64,000 bases of DNA from an uncultured Chloroflexia bacterium (GTDB lineage: Bacteria > Chloroflexota > Dehalococcoidia > DSTF01 > JALHUB01): assembly GCA_963703345.1 (NCBI GenBank), contig OY969814.1, forward strand, positions 768,001 to 832,000, given 5' to 3'. The position numbers were made by a program, and so were the translations under genes. Below the pieces are notes generated by a model. The model did not search any database and was not told the origin of the DNA. It saw only the letters and a program-made list of their open reading frames with translations. This document shows positions 42,738 through 52,934 of this stretch, piece by piece (within the stretch, counting starts at the first letter, position 1; each line of letters begins with the position of its first letter).

Positions 42738-44174
42738 ATGCCTGACTCGGAAGGGCGCCCCAGTCGTCGCAGGGAGCGCGTAAAGCCCTGGAGCGGACGC
42801 TTCGCCGCAAAGACGCATCCCCTCGTTGACGCCTACACCGGCTCCCTCGATGTCGACGCCGCGCTCTACGCTCAGGACATCCGCGCCTCGATCGCCCATG
42901 CCCGGATGCTGGCGCGACAACGCATCATCCCCCGCGCCGACGCCAACGCCATCGTGCGCGGCCTGCGCGAGATCGAACGCGAGATTGAGCGCGGCGAGTT
43001 CGTCTTCAACGCCGCGTTGGAGGACATCCACACGAACATCGAGGCGCGATTGGAGGAGAAGATAGGCGCGGCGGCGGGCCGGCTGCACACCGCCCGCTCC
43101 CGCAACGACCAGGTCGCAACGGACCTCCGTCTCTTCGCCAAGGAAGCGATAGCGCATTTACTCGGGGCGCTTCAAGGTCTGCAAACCGCGCTCCTGGACG
43201 CCGCTGAGCGGAACAAGGACGTGGTGATCCCCGGCTACACGCATCTCCAGCGGGCGCAGCCCGTCCTCCTGGCGCATCATCTGCTGGCCTACTTCGAGAT
43301 GCTGGAGCGCGATTTCGAGCGCTTCTCCGGCTGCTATGTTCGCACCGACGTCCTGCCGCTCGGAAGCGGGGCTCTCGCAGGCGTGCCGTATCCGGTGGAT
43401 AGAGCGGCGGTCGCGCGGGAGCTCGATTTCGCCGCCATAAGCCGCAACAGCATCGACGCCGTGTCCGACCGCGACTTCGTGGCGGAGTTCCTCGCCTGCG
43501 CAGCCATCTGCGCCATGCACCTCTCGCGACTGGCGGAGGAGATCGTTTTGTGGTCGTCGGCGGAGTTCGCCTTTATTGAGATCGACGACGCCTTTGCCAC
43601 CGGCTCCAGCATCATGCCGCAGAAGAAAAACCCGGACGTCGCGGAGCTGGCGCGGGGACGCACGGGACGCATCTACGGGCGGCTCGTGGGGTTCCTGACG
43701 ACGCTCAAGGGGCTGCCGCTGTCCTACAATCGCGACCTCCAGGAGGACAAAGCGCCGTTCCTGGACACGCACGAGAGCCTTCTGTTGACGCTGGTCGTGT
43801 TCGCGGAGATGCTGCCGGCCATCCGCTTCAACGCGGAGCGAACGCGGGCGGCGGCGGCGACGGGCTACACGCTGGCAACCGACCTGGCCGACTACCTGGC
43901 GCGAAAGGGAACGCCTTTCCGCGAGGCGCACCAGGCGGTCGGAAAGCTGGTCCGCTACGCTTCGGGCGGGGGCAAGGAGCTGTCGGAGCTGACGCTGAGA
44001 GAGTACCGGCGCTTCTCGCCTTTGTTCGACGAAGACGTGCTGGGACTTGACGTCGAGACGTCGTTGCGGGCGCGAGACGTTCCTGGCGGCACGGCGCCGA
44101 ATCGCGTGGCGGAGGCGCTGGCGGAGGCGCGGCAGCGGCTTGCCCGGCGCGAAATCGGGGAGAATGATGGCTGA
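42738..44174 (+). CDS. argH: argininosuccinate lyase
   Basis: WSGRF, HTARSRNDQ and GSSIMPQKKNPD motifs. Confidence 0.96.
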   Translation: MPDSEGRPSRRRERVKPWSGRFAAKTHPLVDAYTGSLDVDAALYAQDIRASIAHARMLARQRIIPRADANAIVRGLREIEREIERGEFVFNAALEDIHTNIEARLEEKIGAAAGRLHTARSRNDQVATDLRLFAKEAIAHLLGALQGLQTALLDAAERNKDVVIPGYTHLQRAQPVLLAHHLLAYFEMLERDFERFSGCYVRTDVLPLGSGALAGVPYPVDRAAVARELDFAAISRNSIDAVSDRDFVAEFLACAAICAMHLSRLAEEIVLWSSAEFAFIEIDDAFATGSSIMPQKKNPDVAELARGRTGRIYGRLVGFLTTLKGLPLSYNRDLQEDKAPFLDTHESLLLTLVVFAEMLPAIRFNAERTRAAAATGYTLATDLADYLARKGTPFREAHQAVGKLVRYASGGGKELSELTLREYRRFSPLFDEDVLGLDVETSLRARDVPGGTAPNRVAEALAEARQRLARREIGENDG

Positions 44175-44850
44175 CGGTATCAAGATCGCGCCTTCGATTC
44201 TCTCCGCCGACTACCTGCGTCTGGGCGAGCAGGTCCGGGAGGCCGAGGCCGCCGGCGCCGACTACATCCACGTCGACGTCATGGACGGGCATTTCGTGCC
44301 CAACATTACCATCGGACCGGTCGTCGTCGAGGCGATCAGGCGGGCGACGCGGCTGCCGCTGGACGTTCACCTGATGATCGAGGAGCCGGAACGGCACGTG
44401 GAGGCGTTCGCGAAGGCGGGCGCCTCATTCCTGACCGTGCACCCGGAGGCGACGCAGCAGCTTCATCGCACCGTCGCCTCGATACGGCGTCTGAATGTGC
44501 GGCCGGGCGTCGCGCTGAACCCGGGAACCTCTGTCTCGCTGGTCGAGGACGTGCTGGCGGACGTCGACCTTGTGCTGGTCATGAGCGTCGACCCGGGCTT
44601 CGGCGGGCAGGAGTTCATCGAAGGCGTCCTGCCGAAGGCGCGTCGACTGCGGAAACTGCTGGATGACGGCGGGTTAGCGGCGGAACTGGAGATCGATGGC
44701 GGCATCACCGTCGAGACGGCGCCGCGCTGCGTCCAGGCGGGCGTGCACGTGCTGGTGGCGGGCACGGCGGTGTTCAACGAAAAGCGAAGCGTAGCCGAGA
44801 GCATTGCCGCGCTGCGACAGAGCGTCGCGGGCGTGGTCGTCGCGGGATGA
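44164..44850 (+). CDS. rpe: ribulose-phosphate 3-epimerase
   Basis: IAPSILSAD, HVDVMDGHFVPNIT, DVHLMI and PGFGGQ motifs. Confidence 0.96.
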   Translation: MMADGIKIAPSILSADYLRLGEQVREAEAAGADYIHVDVMDGHFVPNITIGPVVVEAIRRATRLPLDVHLMIEEPERHVEAFAKAGASFLTVHPEATQQLHRTVASIRRLNVRPGVALNPGTSVSLVEDVLADVDLVLVMSVDPGFGGQEFIEGVLPKARRLRKLLDDGGLAAELEIDGGITVETAPRCVQAGVHVLVAGTAVFNEKRSVAESIAALRQSVAGVVVAG

Positions 44851-44861
44851 GGACGAGGATG

Positions 44862-44901
44862 CGGTCAGACGGTCGCTTTCGACCGGGTGCGCAGGCAGCG
44901 G
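44862..44901 (-). pseudogene. duplicate of the rpmB 3' end (RCLRTRSKATV*)
   Basis: 37/40 nt identical to 44976-45015; all three differences are synonymous third positions. Confidence 0.85.
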
Positions 44902-44914
44902 AGAGGGGGGACCG

Positions 44915-44939
44915 CACTGAGGGATAAATCCCTCAGCTT
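44915..44939 (-). repeat. REP-like hairpin AAGCTGAGGG-ATTTAT-CCCTCAGTG
   Basis: Same arms as 27952-27977; identical 20-nt core to 28074-28093. Confidence 0.8.
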
Positions 44940-44978
44940 CTTGGAAGGAACGTTGTTGGCGGGAAGTCGATGAGACGG

Positions 44979-45191
44979 TCAGACAGTCGCTTTCGACCGA
45001 GTGCGCAGGCACCGGGTGCAGATGTTCACTCTGGCGGCGCGTCCGTCGACGTAGATGGTCTGCTTGTGGACGTTGGGGCGAAACATGCGGTTCGTGCGGG
45101 GCGCTTTTCGCTCCCACCTACCGGCGTGACGGTGACGGATGTTTCGTCCGAAGGCGGTCGTCTTGCCGCAGAGTTCGCATTTGCCGGCCAT
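44979..45191 (-). CDS. rpmB: 50S ribosomal protein L28
   Basis: MAGKCELCGK...G.N...TNRMFRPNV...ICTRCLR. Confidence 0.93.
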   Translation of the reverse strand: MAGKCELCGKTTAFGRNIRHRHAGRWERKAPRTNRMFRPNVHKQTIYVDGRAARVNICTRCLRTRSKATV

Positions 45192-45277
45192 AGGGCAATC
45201 CTTTACGGGGTAGGTCCGTTCTTGGTAGAATTCGAAGGCGATCCTAACACGCCGCGGCGCACGGAGGCAAGTTCCCA

Positions 45278-46957
45278 TTGACCAGCATCGAATCGGATAG
45301 GCGTGCGGCCGACCGCGGCGGGAACGGCGCCGGCACGGCCACTTATTCCGGCGGAGAGCTGCGCGAGATGTTCGCCGCCGCGACGAGCTGGCTTGAGTGC
45401 AACGCCCAGGCCATCAACTCTATCAACGTCTTCCCTGTCCCTGACGGCGACACCGGCACCAACATGTACCTCACGATGCTGGCGACGATGGACGAGGCGT
45501 ATCAGAGCGGCAGCGAGGCCGCCAACGTCGTCGCCGGGGCGATGGCCCACGGCGCGCTCATGGGGGCGCGCGGCAACTCCGGCGTAATCCTCTCGCAGAT
45601 CCTTCGCGGCTTTGCCGACGGTCTTTCCGACAAGGAACGTTTCGATAGCCAGGACTTCGTCGCCGCGCTGGATGAAGCCACGCTGCGGGCGGACCGCGCC
45701 GTTTCGCATCCCGTCGAAGGGACGATCTTGACGGTCATGCGCGCCGTCGCCGCCGCCGCCCGCGACCGGTCGAAAGAGCTCGGCGGCAACCTGAAGAGCG
45801 TTCTCGCCGCCGCCGTCGACGCAGCCAAGGACGCCGTCGCGAAGACGCCCAGCCTGCTGCCGGCGCTGCGGGAGGCGGGCGTCGTGGATGCCGGCGGCCA
45901 GGGCCTGTACGTGATGCTGGAGGGGGCGCTGCGCTACCTCCGCGGCGACCTTGCGTCGCTGGCGCCGCTAGCCGTGCAGGACCCGGAGCGCTCCTGGGCG
46001 CGCGCGACGACGGCGTTGCACGGCGGCGAGGAAGGCAGCTTCGGCTTCTGCACGGAGTTCCTGGTGAGCGGCGAGAAGCTTAACGCCGGGTCGGTGCTGG
46101 AACGAATGCTGGAGATGGGCGATTCCGTGCTCGTTGTCGGAGATGAGAAACTGCTGCGCGTTCACCTGCACACCTCTGAGCCGGATGCCGCGATAGGCTT
46201 CGGCCGGTCGCTGGGCGAGCTGTCGCAGGTGAAGGTTGACAACATAGAGGAGCAGGCGGAGCGGTTCATCGCCCACGCGCGCGGCTACGAGGGTGACCTG
46301 GGAGCAGTGGGCATCGTCGCCGTCGTGTCGGGAGCGGGCCTGGAGGACGTGTTCCGCAGCCTGGGCGCAACGGCAACCGTCCAGGGCGGCGCGACGATGA
46401 ACCCCAGCACGCGCCAGATACTGGCGGCAATCGAGTCCTGCTCGCAGGAAGACGTCATCGTACTGCCGAACAACAAGAACGTCGTCCTTGCCGGCCAGCA
46501 GGCCGCGAAGCACAGTCACAAGCGCGTGCGGGTGGTCGGGACGACGTCGGTGCCGCAGGGGATGGCGGCGCTGGTGGCCCTCAGCCCGGAACAAGACCTG
46601 GACGACAACGCCCAGCTCATGGAAGCGGCGCGTCAGGACGTCCGGACGATCGAGGTGACGAAAGCGATCCGCACGACCTCAATCGACGGCCTCCGAGTGC
46701 GCGTCGGGCAGGCGATTGCGCTCGTCGACGGCAAACTCACGGTCGCCGACGAGTCGGCACATGCGGCTGTACTCGAGGCGCTGCGGCAGACCATCTCGCC
46801 GGAGATGAGCCTCGTCACAATCTACTTCGGCGCGGAATCGACGCGAGAGGACGCGGAAGGGCTGGCGGCTGAGATCCGCGCCATGTATCCTTCTCTGGAG
46901 ACAGAGGTTGTTTCCGGGGGCCAGCCCCACTACGCCTACATCGTCTCCCTGGAGTGA
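45278..46957 (+). CDS. DAK2-domain fatty acid kinase subunit (FakA/YloV)
   Basis: INVFPVPDGDTGTNM, GARGNSGVILSQ, EGTILTV and GGQPHY motifs. Confidence 0.92.
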   Translation: MTSIESDRRAADRGGNGAGTATYSGGELREMFAAATSWLECNAQAINSINVFPVPDGDTGTNMYLTMLATMDEAYQSGSEAANVVAGAMAHGALMGARGNSGVILSQILRGFADGLSDKERFDSQDFVAALDEATLRADRAVSHPVEGTILTVMRAVAAAARDRSKELGGNLKSVLAAAVDAAKDAVAKTPSLLPALREAGVVDAGGQGLYVMLEGALRYLRGDLASLAPLAVQDPERSWARATTALHGGEEGSFGFCTEFLVSGEKLNAGSVLERMLEMGDSVLVVGDEKLLRVHLHTSEPDAAIGFGRSLGELSQVKVDNIEEQAERFIAHARGYEGDLGAVGIVAVVSGAGLEDVFRSLGATATVQGGATMNPSTRQILAAIESCSQEDVIVLPNNKNVVLAGQQAAKHSHKRVRVVGTTSVPQGMAALVALSPEQDLDDNAQLMEAARQDVRTIEVTKAIRTTSIDGLRVRVGQAIALVDGKLTVADESAHAAVLEALRQTISPEMSLVTIYFGAESTREDAEGLAAEIRAMYPSLETEVVSGGQPHYAYIVSLE

Positions 46958-46984
46958 CCCACCTATCACGGGAGTCTCTGGCCG

Positions 46985-47833
46985 ATGACCGTCCGCGTGG
47001 TGACGGACAGCACGTCCGATCTTCCTCCTGACGTCCTGGAAGAGCTATCCATCGCATGCGTGCCGCTGGTGGTCCTCTTTGGCGACCAAGCATACCGCGA
47101 CGGCATCGATTTGACGACGGACCGGTTCTTCCAGAAGCTGGTAGAGAGCCCCATCGCTCCCAGCACGTCGCAGCCGTCCGTCGGCGAGTTCCAGCAGGTG
47201 TATGAGAGGCTGGTCGGCGAGGCGGATGGAATCGTCTCCGTCCACATCGGCGCGAAGCTCTCCGGCACGGTGGCGACGGCGATGCTGGCGCGCGACTCCA
47301 TGAGCAGCCGCTGTCCCATCGAAATCATCGATTCCGAGACGGCTTCCCTGGGCATCGGCTTCGCGGCCATTGCGGCGGCGCGGGCGGCAAAGGCGGGGGC
47401 GCCGTTGGAGGACGTTGCGGCGGCCGCGAGGTCGGTCGTGCGACGGCAGCACACGATATGCTTCCTCGACACGCTGGAATACGCGCGTCGCGGAGGAAGG
47501 ATCAGCCGCGTTGAGGCGATTCTGGGCGGCCTCCTCCATCTGAAGCCAATCTTCATTATCCAGGGCGTGTCGCTACCGCTGAGCCGCGCTCGCACGCGGC
47601 CTGCCGGCCTCAAGCGCCTGTTCGAGACGGCGATGGCTTACCCCAACATCGTCGACGTCGGCATAATGCACGCTACGACGCCGGAAGACGCGGAGCTTAT
47701 CGCCGGATGGACGCGCGAGCGGCTGCCGGGCGTCCCCATTCGCATCGTCCGGCTCGGCCCGGCGCTGGGTGCACACGGCGGCCCCGGCGTCACGGCGATG
47801 ACCGTCGTCGAAGGAGAGAAGAGCGGGACTTGA
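46985..47833 (+). CDS. DegV/FakB fatty-acid-binding protein
   Basis: VTDSTSDL, STSQPS, LSGT, GGRIS and HGGPG motifs. Confidence 0.93.
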   Translation: MTVRVVTDSTSDLPPDVLEELSIACVPLVVLFGDQAYRDGIDLTTDRFFQKLVESPIAPSTSQPSVGEFQQVYERLVGEADGIVSVHIGAKLSGTVATAMLARDSMSSRCPIEIIDSETASLGIGFAAIAAARAAKAGAPLEDVAAAARSVVRRQHTICFLDTLEYARRGGRISRVEAILGGLLHLKPIFIIQGVSLPLSRARTRPAGLKRLFETAMAYPNIVDVGIMHATTPEDAELIAGWTRERLPGVPIRIVRLGPALGAHGGPGVTAMTVVEGEKSGT

Positions 47834-50274
47834 ACCAGCCAGAGGCCCAACTGCGTAAGATCCTGGAGCTGGAGCAGCGCAAGGGCCACGCCGATACCGC
47901 GGTCATGGGAGGGCTTGACCGCTACCTCAAGAACCTCATCGAGCGCGACAACCTCGGCCCGCGGTCTCCGATCACCGAATCGATAATGGCGCTGCCGTCG
48001 CGTGGCTACGCCTCGCTCCCGCCCGAGGAGCGACGGCGCTGGCTGGCGCGGACGATCCAGCTCCTGAACGGCGCCGTCGAAAGGCCCACGCCGCCGCCGC
48101 CGGCCACTAAAACGCCTTCGAGGCCGAAGCGGGAGGTTCCGAAGCCCGTCGTCGTCGCCGGCGATTCGTCGTCCGCGCTGGAACTGCCGGTAACGGCGAT
48201 CCGCGGCGTGCGGGCGGCGCTGGCGGCAAAGCTGGCGCGATTGGGCGTGGCGACCGTGCAGGATATGCTCTTCTTCTTCCCCCGTCGCTACAACGACTTC
48301 GCGAGCATCCGTCCCATCGCCGAGCTTGTCGTCGGCGAGGAGCAGACGGTCATCGGCAGCGTCTGGAGCGCAACCGACACGCTGATCGGACGGCGAATGC
48401 GCGGCACCGAGGCGCTGGTCGGCGATGAGACCGGCGTGATGCGTGTGGTCTGGTTCAACCAGCCCTATCTGGCGCAGCAGCTTCGCACGAACGAGCGGAT
48501 TGTGCTGGCCGGCAAGGTGACGCTCTACAAGGGGCAGAAGACGCTGGAGAACCCGGAGTACGAGCCGCTGGAATCGGAAGAGCTGGTGCATACGGGAAGG
48601 CTGGTGCCGGTCTACCATTCGACGGCCGGGATGGCGGGACGCACCCTCCGGCGGTTGGCAAAGGAAACCCTCGATGCCTACCTTGCCGCCCTGCCGGAGC
48701 TCCTGCCGCCCTCGATGCTAGCGCGAAACCGCATGCCGTCGAGACCGGATGCCGTGCGACAAATGCACTTCCCCGACAATTGGGACGCGCTCAGGGCGGC
48801 GCGGCGTCGCCTGGCGTTCGAAGAGCTATTGCTCATCCAGGTCGGCGTTCTGCAACGCAAGCGCGAGTGGCAGGAGCGCGGGCTGGCGCGGCCACTGCAT
48901 CTGTCGGAGGAGATGCGCCGCGACTACGTGGCGTCGCTGCCCTTCGAGCTGACAGGCGCCCAGCAGAGGGCGATGGCGCAGACTCTGGCGGACCTGGCGC
49001 GGGAACGGCCGATGAGCCGCCTGCTCCAGGGCGACGTTGGCAGCGGCAAGACCGTCGTTGCGGCGGCGGCGCTTCTGGCGGCTGTCGCGTCCGGCGCGCA
49101 GGGAGCGATGATGGCGCCGACGGAGATCCTGGCGGAGCAGCACTTCCACACGCTCTGTCGCATCTTCTCTTGCAGCGAGCGGACGGCGGTCGTGGCGGTC
49201 GTAAGGCCGCCCTATCTTCCGAAGCCGCTGACGATAGCGCTGCTGACGGGAAGCCTGCCGGCGTCGGTGAAGCGGGAGCTGCGCGAGCAGATCGCCGCCG
49301 GCGAGATCGACATCGTGGTCGGGACGCATGCCGTCATCCAGCAGGACGTCGCTTTCCATCGCCTCGGGCTTGCGGTCGTCGACGAGCAACACCGGTTCGG
49401 CGTCATGCAGCGGGCGGCGCTGCGGGAGAAGGGGCGCAACCCGCACGTGCTGGTCATGACGGCGACGCCGATACCGCGCACGCTCACTCTAACCGTCTAC
49501 GGCGACCTCGACGTCTCGGTCATCGACGAGATGCCGCCGGGCCGGAAGCCGGTCCAGACGCGCTGGGTCGCGCCGGACGGGCGTGACGAAGCGTACGAGT
49601 TCGTTCGCGGCCAGGTGCGGCAGGGATATCAGGCGTTCGTCATCTGCCCGCTGATCGAAGAGTCGGAGACCGTCGCCGTGCGGGCGGCGACGCAGGAGTT
49701 CGAACGGCTGAGCAGCGAGGTCTTCCCGGAGGCGCGGCTGGGACTGCTGCACGGCCGGCTGGGCGCGCAAAAGAAGGAGCGCGTCATGCGCGAGTTCCGC
49801 GACCACGCGCTCGATATGCTGGTCTCCACCGCTGTCGTCGAAGTCGGCGTCGATATCCCGCACGCGACGGTGATGATGGTTGAGGCTGCGGAACGCTTCG
49901 GTCTGGCGCAGCTTCACCAGTTGCGCGGCCGCGTCGGGCGGAGCGACGTGCAAAGCTATTGCCTGTTGCTCTCGGACAGCCCGGCGCCGGACGCGCGAGA
50001 GCGGCTTCAGATCGTCGAACGGACGCAGGACGGCTTCGCGCTGGCGGAGGCGGACCTGCGACTGCGCGGCCCGGGGGAGTTCTTCGGGACGCGACAGAGC
50101 GGGCTGCCCGACCTGAGGGTGGCGCAGCTATCTGATGTTCCGCTGATCGAGCTGGCGCGGAGCGAGGCGACGCGCCTGTTGGAGGAAGACGCGGAGCTTG
50201 CGCGGCCGGAGCACGGCCCTCTTCGAGAGGAAGTGGCGCGGCTGTGGGAGCGCGTGGCGGCGGAGGCGCACTAG
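47830..50274 (+). CDS. recG: ATP-dependent DNA helicase RecG
   Basis: LLQGDVGSGKT, DEQHRFGV, MTATPIPRT and QLRGRVGR motifs. Confidence 0.96.
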   Translation: MNQPEAQLRKILELEQRKGHADTAVMGGLDRYLKNLIERDNLGPRSPITESIMALPSRGYASLPPEERRRWLARTIQLLNGAVERPTPPPPATKTPSRPKREVPKPVVVAGDSSSALELPVTAIRGVRAALAAKLARLGVATVQDMLFFFPRRYNDFASIRPIAELVVGEEQTVIGSVWSATDTLIGRRMRGTEALVGDETGVMRVVWFNQPYLAQQLRTNERIVLAGKVTLYKGQKTLENPEYEPLESEELVHTGRLVPVYHSTAGMAGRTLRRLAKETLDAYLAALPELLPPSMLARNRMPSRPDAVRQMHFPDNWDALRAARRRLAFEELLLIQVGVLQRKREWQERGLARPLHLSEEMRRDYVASLPFELTGAQQRAMAQTLADLARERPMSRLLQGDVGSGKTVVAAAALLAAVASGAQGAMMAPTEILAEQHFHTLCRIFSCSERTAVVAVVRPPYLPKPLTIALLTGSLPASVKRELREQIAAGEIDIVVGTHAVIQQDVAFHRLGLAVVDEQHRFGVMQRAALREKGRNPHVLVMTATPIPRTLTLTVYGDLDVSVIDEMPPGRKPVQTRWVAPDGRDEAYEFVRGQVRQGYQAFVICPLIEESETVAVRAATQEFERLSSEVFPEARLGLLHGRLGAQKKERVMREFRDHALDMLVSTAVVEVGVDIPHATVMMVEAAERFGLAQLHQLRGRVGRSDVQSYCLLLSDSPAPDARERLQIVERTQDGFALAEADLRLRGPGEFFGTRQSGLPDLRVAQLSDVPLIELARSEATRLLEEDAELARPEHGPLREEVARLWERVAAEAH

Positions 50275-50341
50275 CGCGCCGGCGAGCCGGCAAACGGTGC
50301 TACAATGACGAAAACGCCTGCTGGATTCGGAGATACCGGTT

Positions 50342-51094
50342 GTGGGTAACGCCGACCTTCATGTTCACAGCGCCTGCGGTGACGGAATGGCCACCATCGA
50401 AGAGATCCTGGCGTACGCGGACCAGAAGACGGACCTGTCGGTCGTCGCCGTCACCGACCACGACGAGCTGAAGGGCGGCGCCCTGGCCCGCGAGGTCTGT
50501 GCGCGCGGAAACTACCGCGTCCAGGTGATAGCCGGCGAGGAAGTGACTACGCTGCAGGGCCATCTCCTCGCGCTCTTCATAGAGGAGCCGGTGGTCCCAC
50601 TGAAGCCGCTGGCGGAAACGCTGGAAGCGATCCATAGGCAGGGCGGGCTGTGCGTCATCCCGCATCCGCTAAACTGGCTTACGCGCAGCATCGGCCACAA
50701 GTCGATCTTGAGCGTCATGACGCGACGCGGCACGGGCGTCTACTTCGACGCTATCCAGACGGCGAATGTGGCGCCGGGGTCGCGGGTCAAGCTCAACACG
50801 GCGCGTCGACTCAACAGAGAGCGCTATCACCTGCCGGAGGTCGGCGGCAGCGACGCCCATTTCCTGCAGGCCGTCGGCAGTGCTTACACGGTCTTCGAAG
50901 GCGAAAGCGCCGAAGACCTGCGCCGAAGCATCCTGTTGGGCACGACCAGCGCCGGCGAGGGGCGCTATCCTTCGCTGGCGGAAATAGGGTTCGGCCGGTT
51001 CCTGCGACAGCAGTACCGCGGTATAGTAGTGACGCCGAAAGCCGCCGGCTGGCTGCCGACGATCTTGAGCTTCGTCAAACGGCTGAAGCCATGA
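50342..51094 (+). CDS. PHP-domain metal-dependent phosphoesterase
   Basis: DLHVHS, VTDHD, PHP and GGSDAH motifs. Confidence 0.88.
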   Translation: MGNADLHVHSACGDGMATIEEILAYADQKTDLSVVAVTDHDELKGGALAREVCARGNYRVQVIAGEEVTTLQGHLLALFIEEPVVPLKPLAETLEAIHRQGGLCVIPHPLNWLTRSIGHKSILSVMTRRGTGVYFDAIQTANVAPGSRVKLNTARRLNRERYHLPEVGGSDAHFLQAVGSAYTVFEGESAEDLRRSILLGTTSAGEGRYPSLAEIGFGRFLRQQYRGIVVTPKAAGWLPTILSFVKRLKP

Positions 51095-52236
51095 AGATTG
51101 CCCTGGTCTCGCCCTACGACTTCGCGGTGCCGGGCGGCGTCAACAACCACATCGAGCATCTGCGGGACAACTTCCTGCGCCTGGGGCAGGAGGTGCGGAT
51201 TATCGCGCCGTCGTCGCGTCCATCGTCGCACCGGCCGGAGCAGATGGTGACGCCGATGGGCAGGGCTGTCGGCGTGCCGGCGTCGGGCTCTGTGGCGCGC
51301 GTCACTTTTTCGCTCCGCATAGCGCCGAAGATCAAGCGGCTGCTGCAGGAGGAACGCTTCGACGTCATTCACGTCCACGAGCCCTTCGCGCCCTTCCTGC
51401 CGATGCAGGTGCTGCGACTCTCCGACGCCATCAACGTCGCGACGTTCCACGCCGCCAAGGAGGGCGGAAGGAACCGCTGGTACCTCTACGGTCGCCACGC
51501 CCTGAAGCGCTGGTTCCGGCGCCTCGACGGGAAGATAGCCGTCTCGGTGCCGGCGATGCGGCTGGTCAGCCGCTACTTTCCCGGTTATTACAACATCATC
51601 CCCAACGGCGTCGACGTGGAGCACTTCGAGATGGAGCGCGAGCCTCTCCCGCAATACCACGACGGCCGCCCGAACATCCTCTTCGTCGGCAGGCTGGAAA
51701 AGCGGAAGGGCGTCAAGTACTTGTTGCAAGCCTTCGCCGAGGTGAAGAAGGAGATGCCGGGACCGCGGCTGCTCATCGTCGGGCCGCCGACGCGGGCCGC
51801 GCGCGGCTACCGTCGCTGGGTCGCCGAGACGGGACTGAAGGACGTCGAGTTCGTCGGCTACGTGTCTTACGATGACCTGGCGCGCTATCATCACACGGCG
51901 GACATCGTCGTCGCGCCGGCGACCGGGAACGAGAGCCAGGGCATCGTGCTGCTGGAGGCGATGGCGGCCGGCCGTGCGCTGGTGGCGAGCAACATCGAAG
52001 GGTACGCCAGCGTCGTGACGCACGGCGTCGAAGGGCTGCTGGTGCTCCCGAAGGATGCCCACGCGCTTGCCGGCGCCCTACTGGACCTGCTGGCCGATCC
52101 GGAGAAGCGCCGGGAGATAGGCGAGAACGGCCGGCTGCGGGCGGAGCAGTTCCGCTGGGAGAGAGTGTCGCAGCGAGTGCTGACCTACTACGAGCAGTTG
52201 CAGTACGAGAGCAGGTCCGAGGCGGAGACCGAGTAG
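51091..52236 (+). CDS. GT4 glycosyltransferase, PimA-like
   Basis: MKIALVSPYDFAVPGGV, HVHEP, GRLEKRKG and ESQGIVLLEAMA motifs. Confidence 0.85.
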   Translation: MKIALVSPYDFAVPGGVNNHIEHLRDNFLRLGQEVRIIAPSSRPSSHRPEQMVTPMGRAVGVPASGSVARVTFSLRIAPKIKRLLQEERFDVIHVHEPFAPFLPMQVLRLSDAINVATFHAAKEGGRNRWYLYGRHALKRWFRRLDGKIAVSVPAMRLVSRYFPGYYNIIPNGVDVEHFEMEREPLPQYHDGRPNILFVGRLEKRKGVKYLLQAFAEVKKEMPGPRLLIVGPPTRAARGYRRWVAETGLKDVEFVGYVSYDDLARYHHTADIVVAPATGNESQGIVLLEAMAAGRALVASNIEGYASVVTHGVEGLLVLPKDAHALAGALLDLLADPEKRREIGENGRLRAEQFRWERVSQRVLTYYEQLQYESRSEAETE

Positions 52237-52239
52237 CTC

Positions 52240-52292
52240 CCGGACGGGCAAGCCTCGACAGGCTGGCCCAGACGGGCAGGCCCAGACGGGCA
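52240..52292 (+). repeat. short tandem repeat (ggcccagacgggca x2 plus a degenerate copy)
   Basis: Read directly from the intergenic sequence. Confidence 0.6.
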
Positions 52293-52303
52293 AGGAGAAC
52301 TGG

Positions 52304-52915
52304 TTGTTCACACTGGTGCCGCACACGCTGCCGCCGCGGCTGGCGGAGCCGCTCGGGCGGTCGATTGCCCGCACCGGCGTCACACCTAATATGATAACGG
52401 CGGCAGGGCTGGCGGGAGCGCTCGTGGCGGCCGTGCTGGTCGCGCGCGGGCAATTCCTCGCCGGCGGCGTTGTGATGCTGGCCGCGGCGGCGCTCGACCT
52501 GTTCGACGGTATGGTGGCGCGGGCAAGTGGTCGCGTGACGGCCTTCGGCGGCATTCTCGATTCGACCTGCGACCGCCTGTCGGAAGCAGCGGTGCTCGGC
52601 GGGCTGGTGTTCCGCCTCAGCAGCGAGGGCAAACGCGAGGAGGTGGTGCTGGCGTTCGCGGCGGTGGTCGGCTCGCTCATGGTCAGCTATCTGCGGGCGC
52701 GCGCGGAGGCGGCAGGGATGCAGCTTCGCGAGGGGCTGTTCACGCGGGCGGAACGGGTGCTGGTGCTCGGCGTCGGGCTGATTTTCGGCTGGGTACGCCT
52801 GGCTCTCTGGATTCTCGCGGTGCTGGCGAATCTGACGGCGGCACAGCGATTGTGGCTGGTGCGGCGAAGGGCCGTCGCGCTCGAAGAGCGCGACGGCGGG
52901 CGAACCGCGCAGTAA
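52304..52915 (+). CDS. CDP-alcohol phosphatidyltransferase (PIP-synthase-like)
   Basis: TPNMIT, DLFDGMVAR...FGGILDSTCDR, SYLRARAE and RAER motifs. Confidence 0.88.
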   Translation: MFTLVPHTLPPRLAEPLGRSIARTGVTPNMITAAGLAGALVAAVLVARGQFLAGGVVMLAAAALDLFDGMVARASGRVTAFGGILDSTCDRLSEAAVLGGLVFRLSSEGKREEVVLAFAAVVGSLMVSYLRARAEAAGMQLREGLFTRAERVLVLGVGLIFGWVRLALWILAVLANLTAAQRLWLVRRRAVALEERDGGRTAQ

Positions 52916-52934
52916 GGAGCATCGAGGTCGTTTC

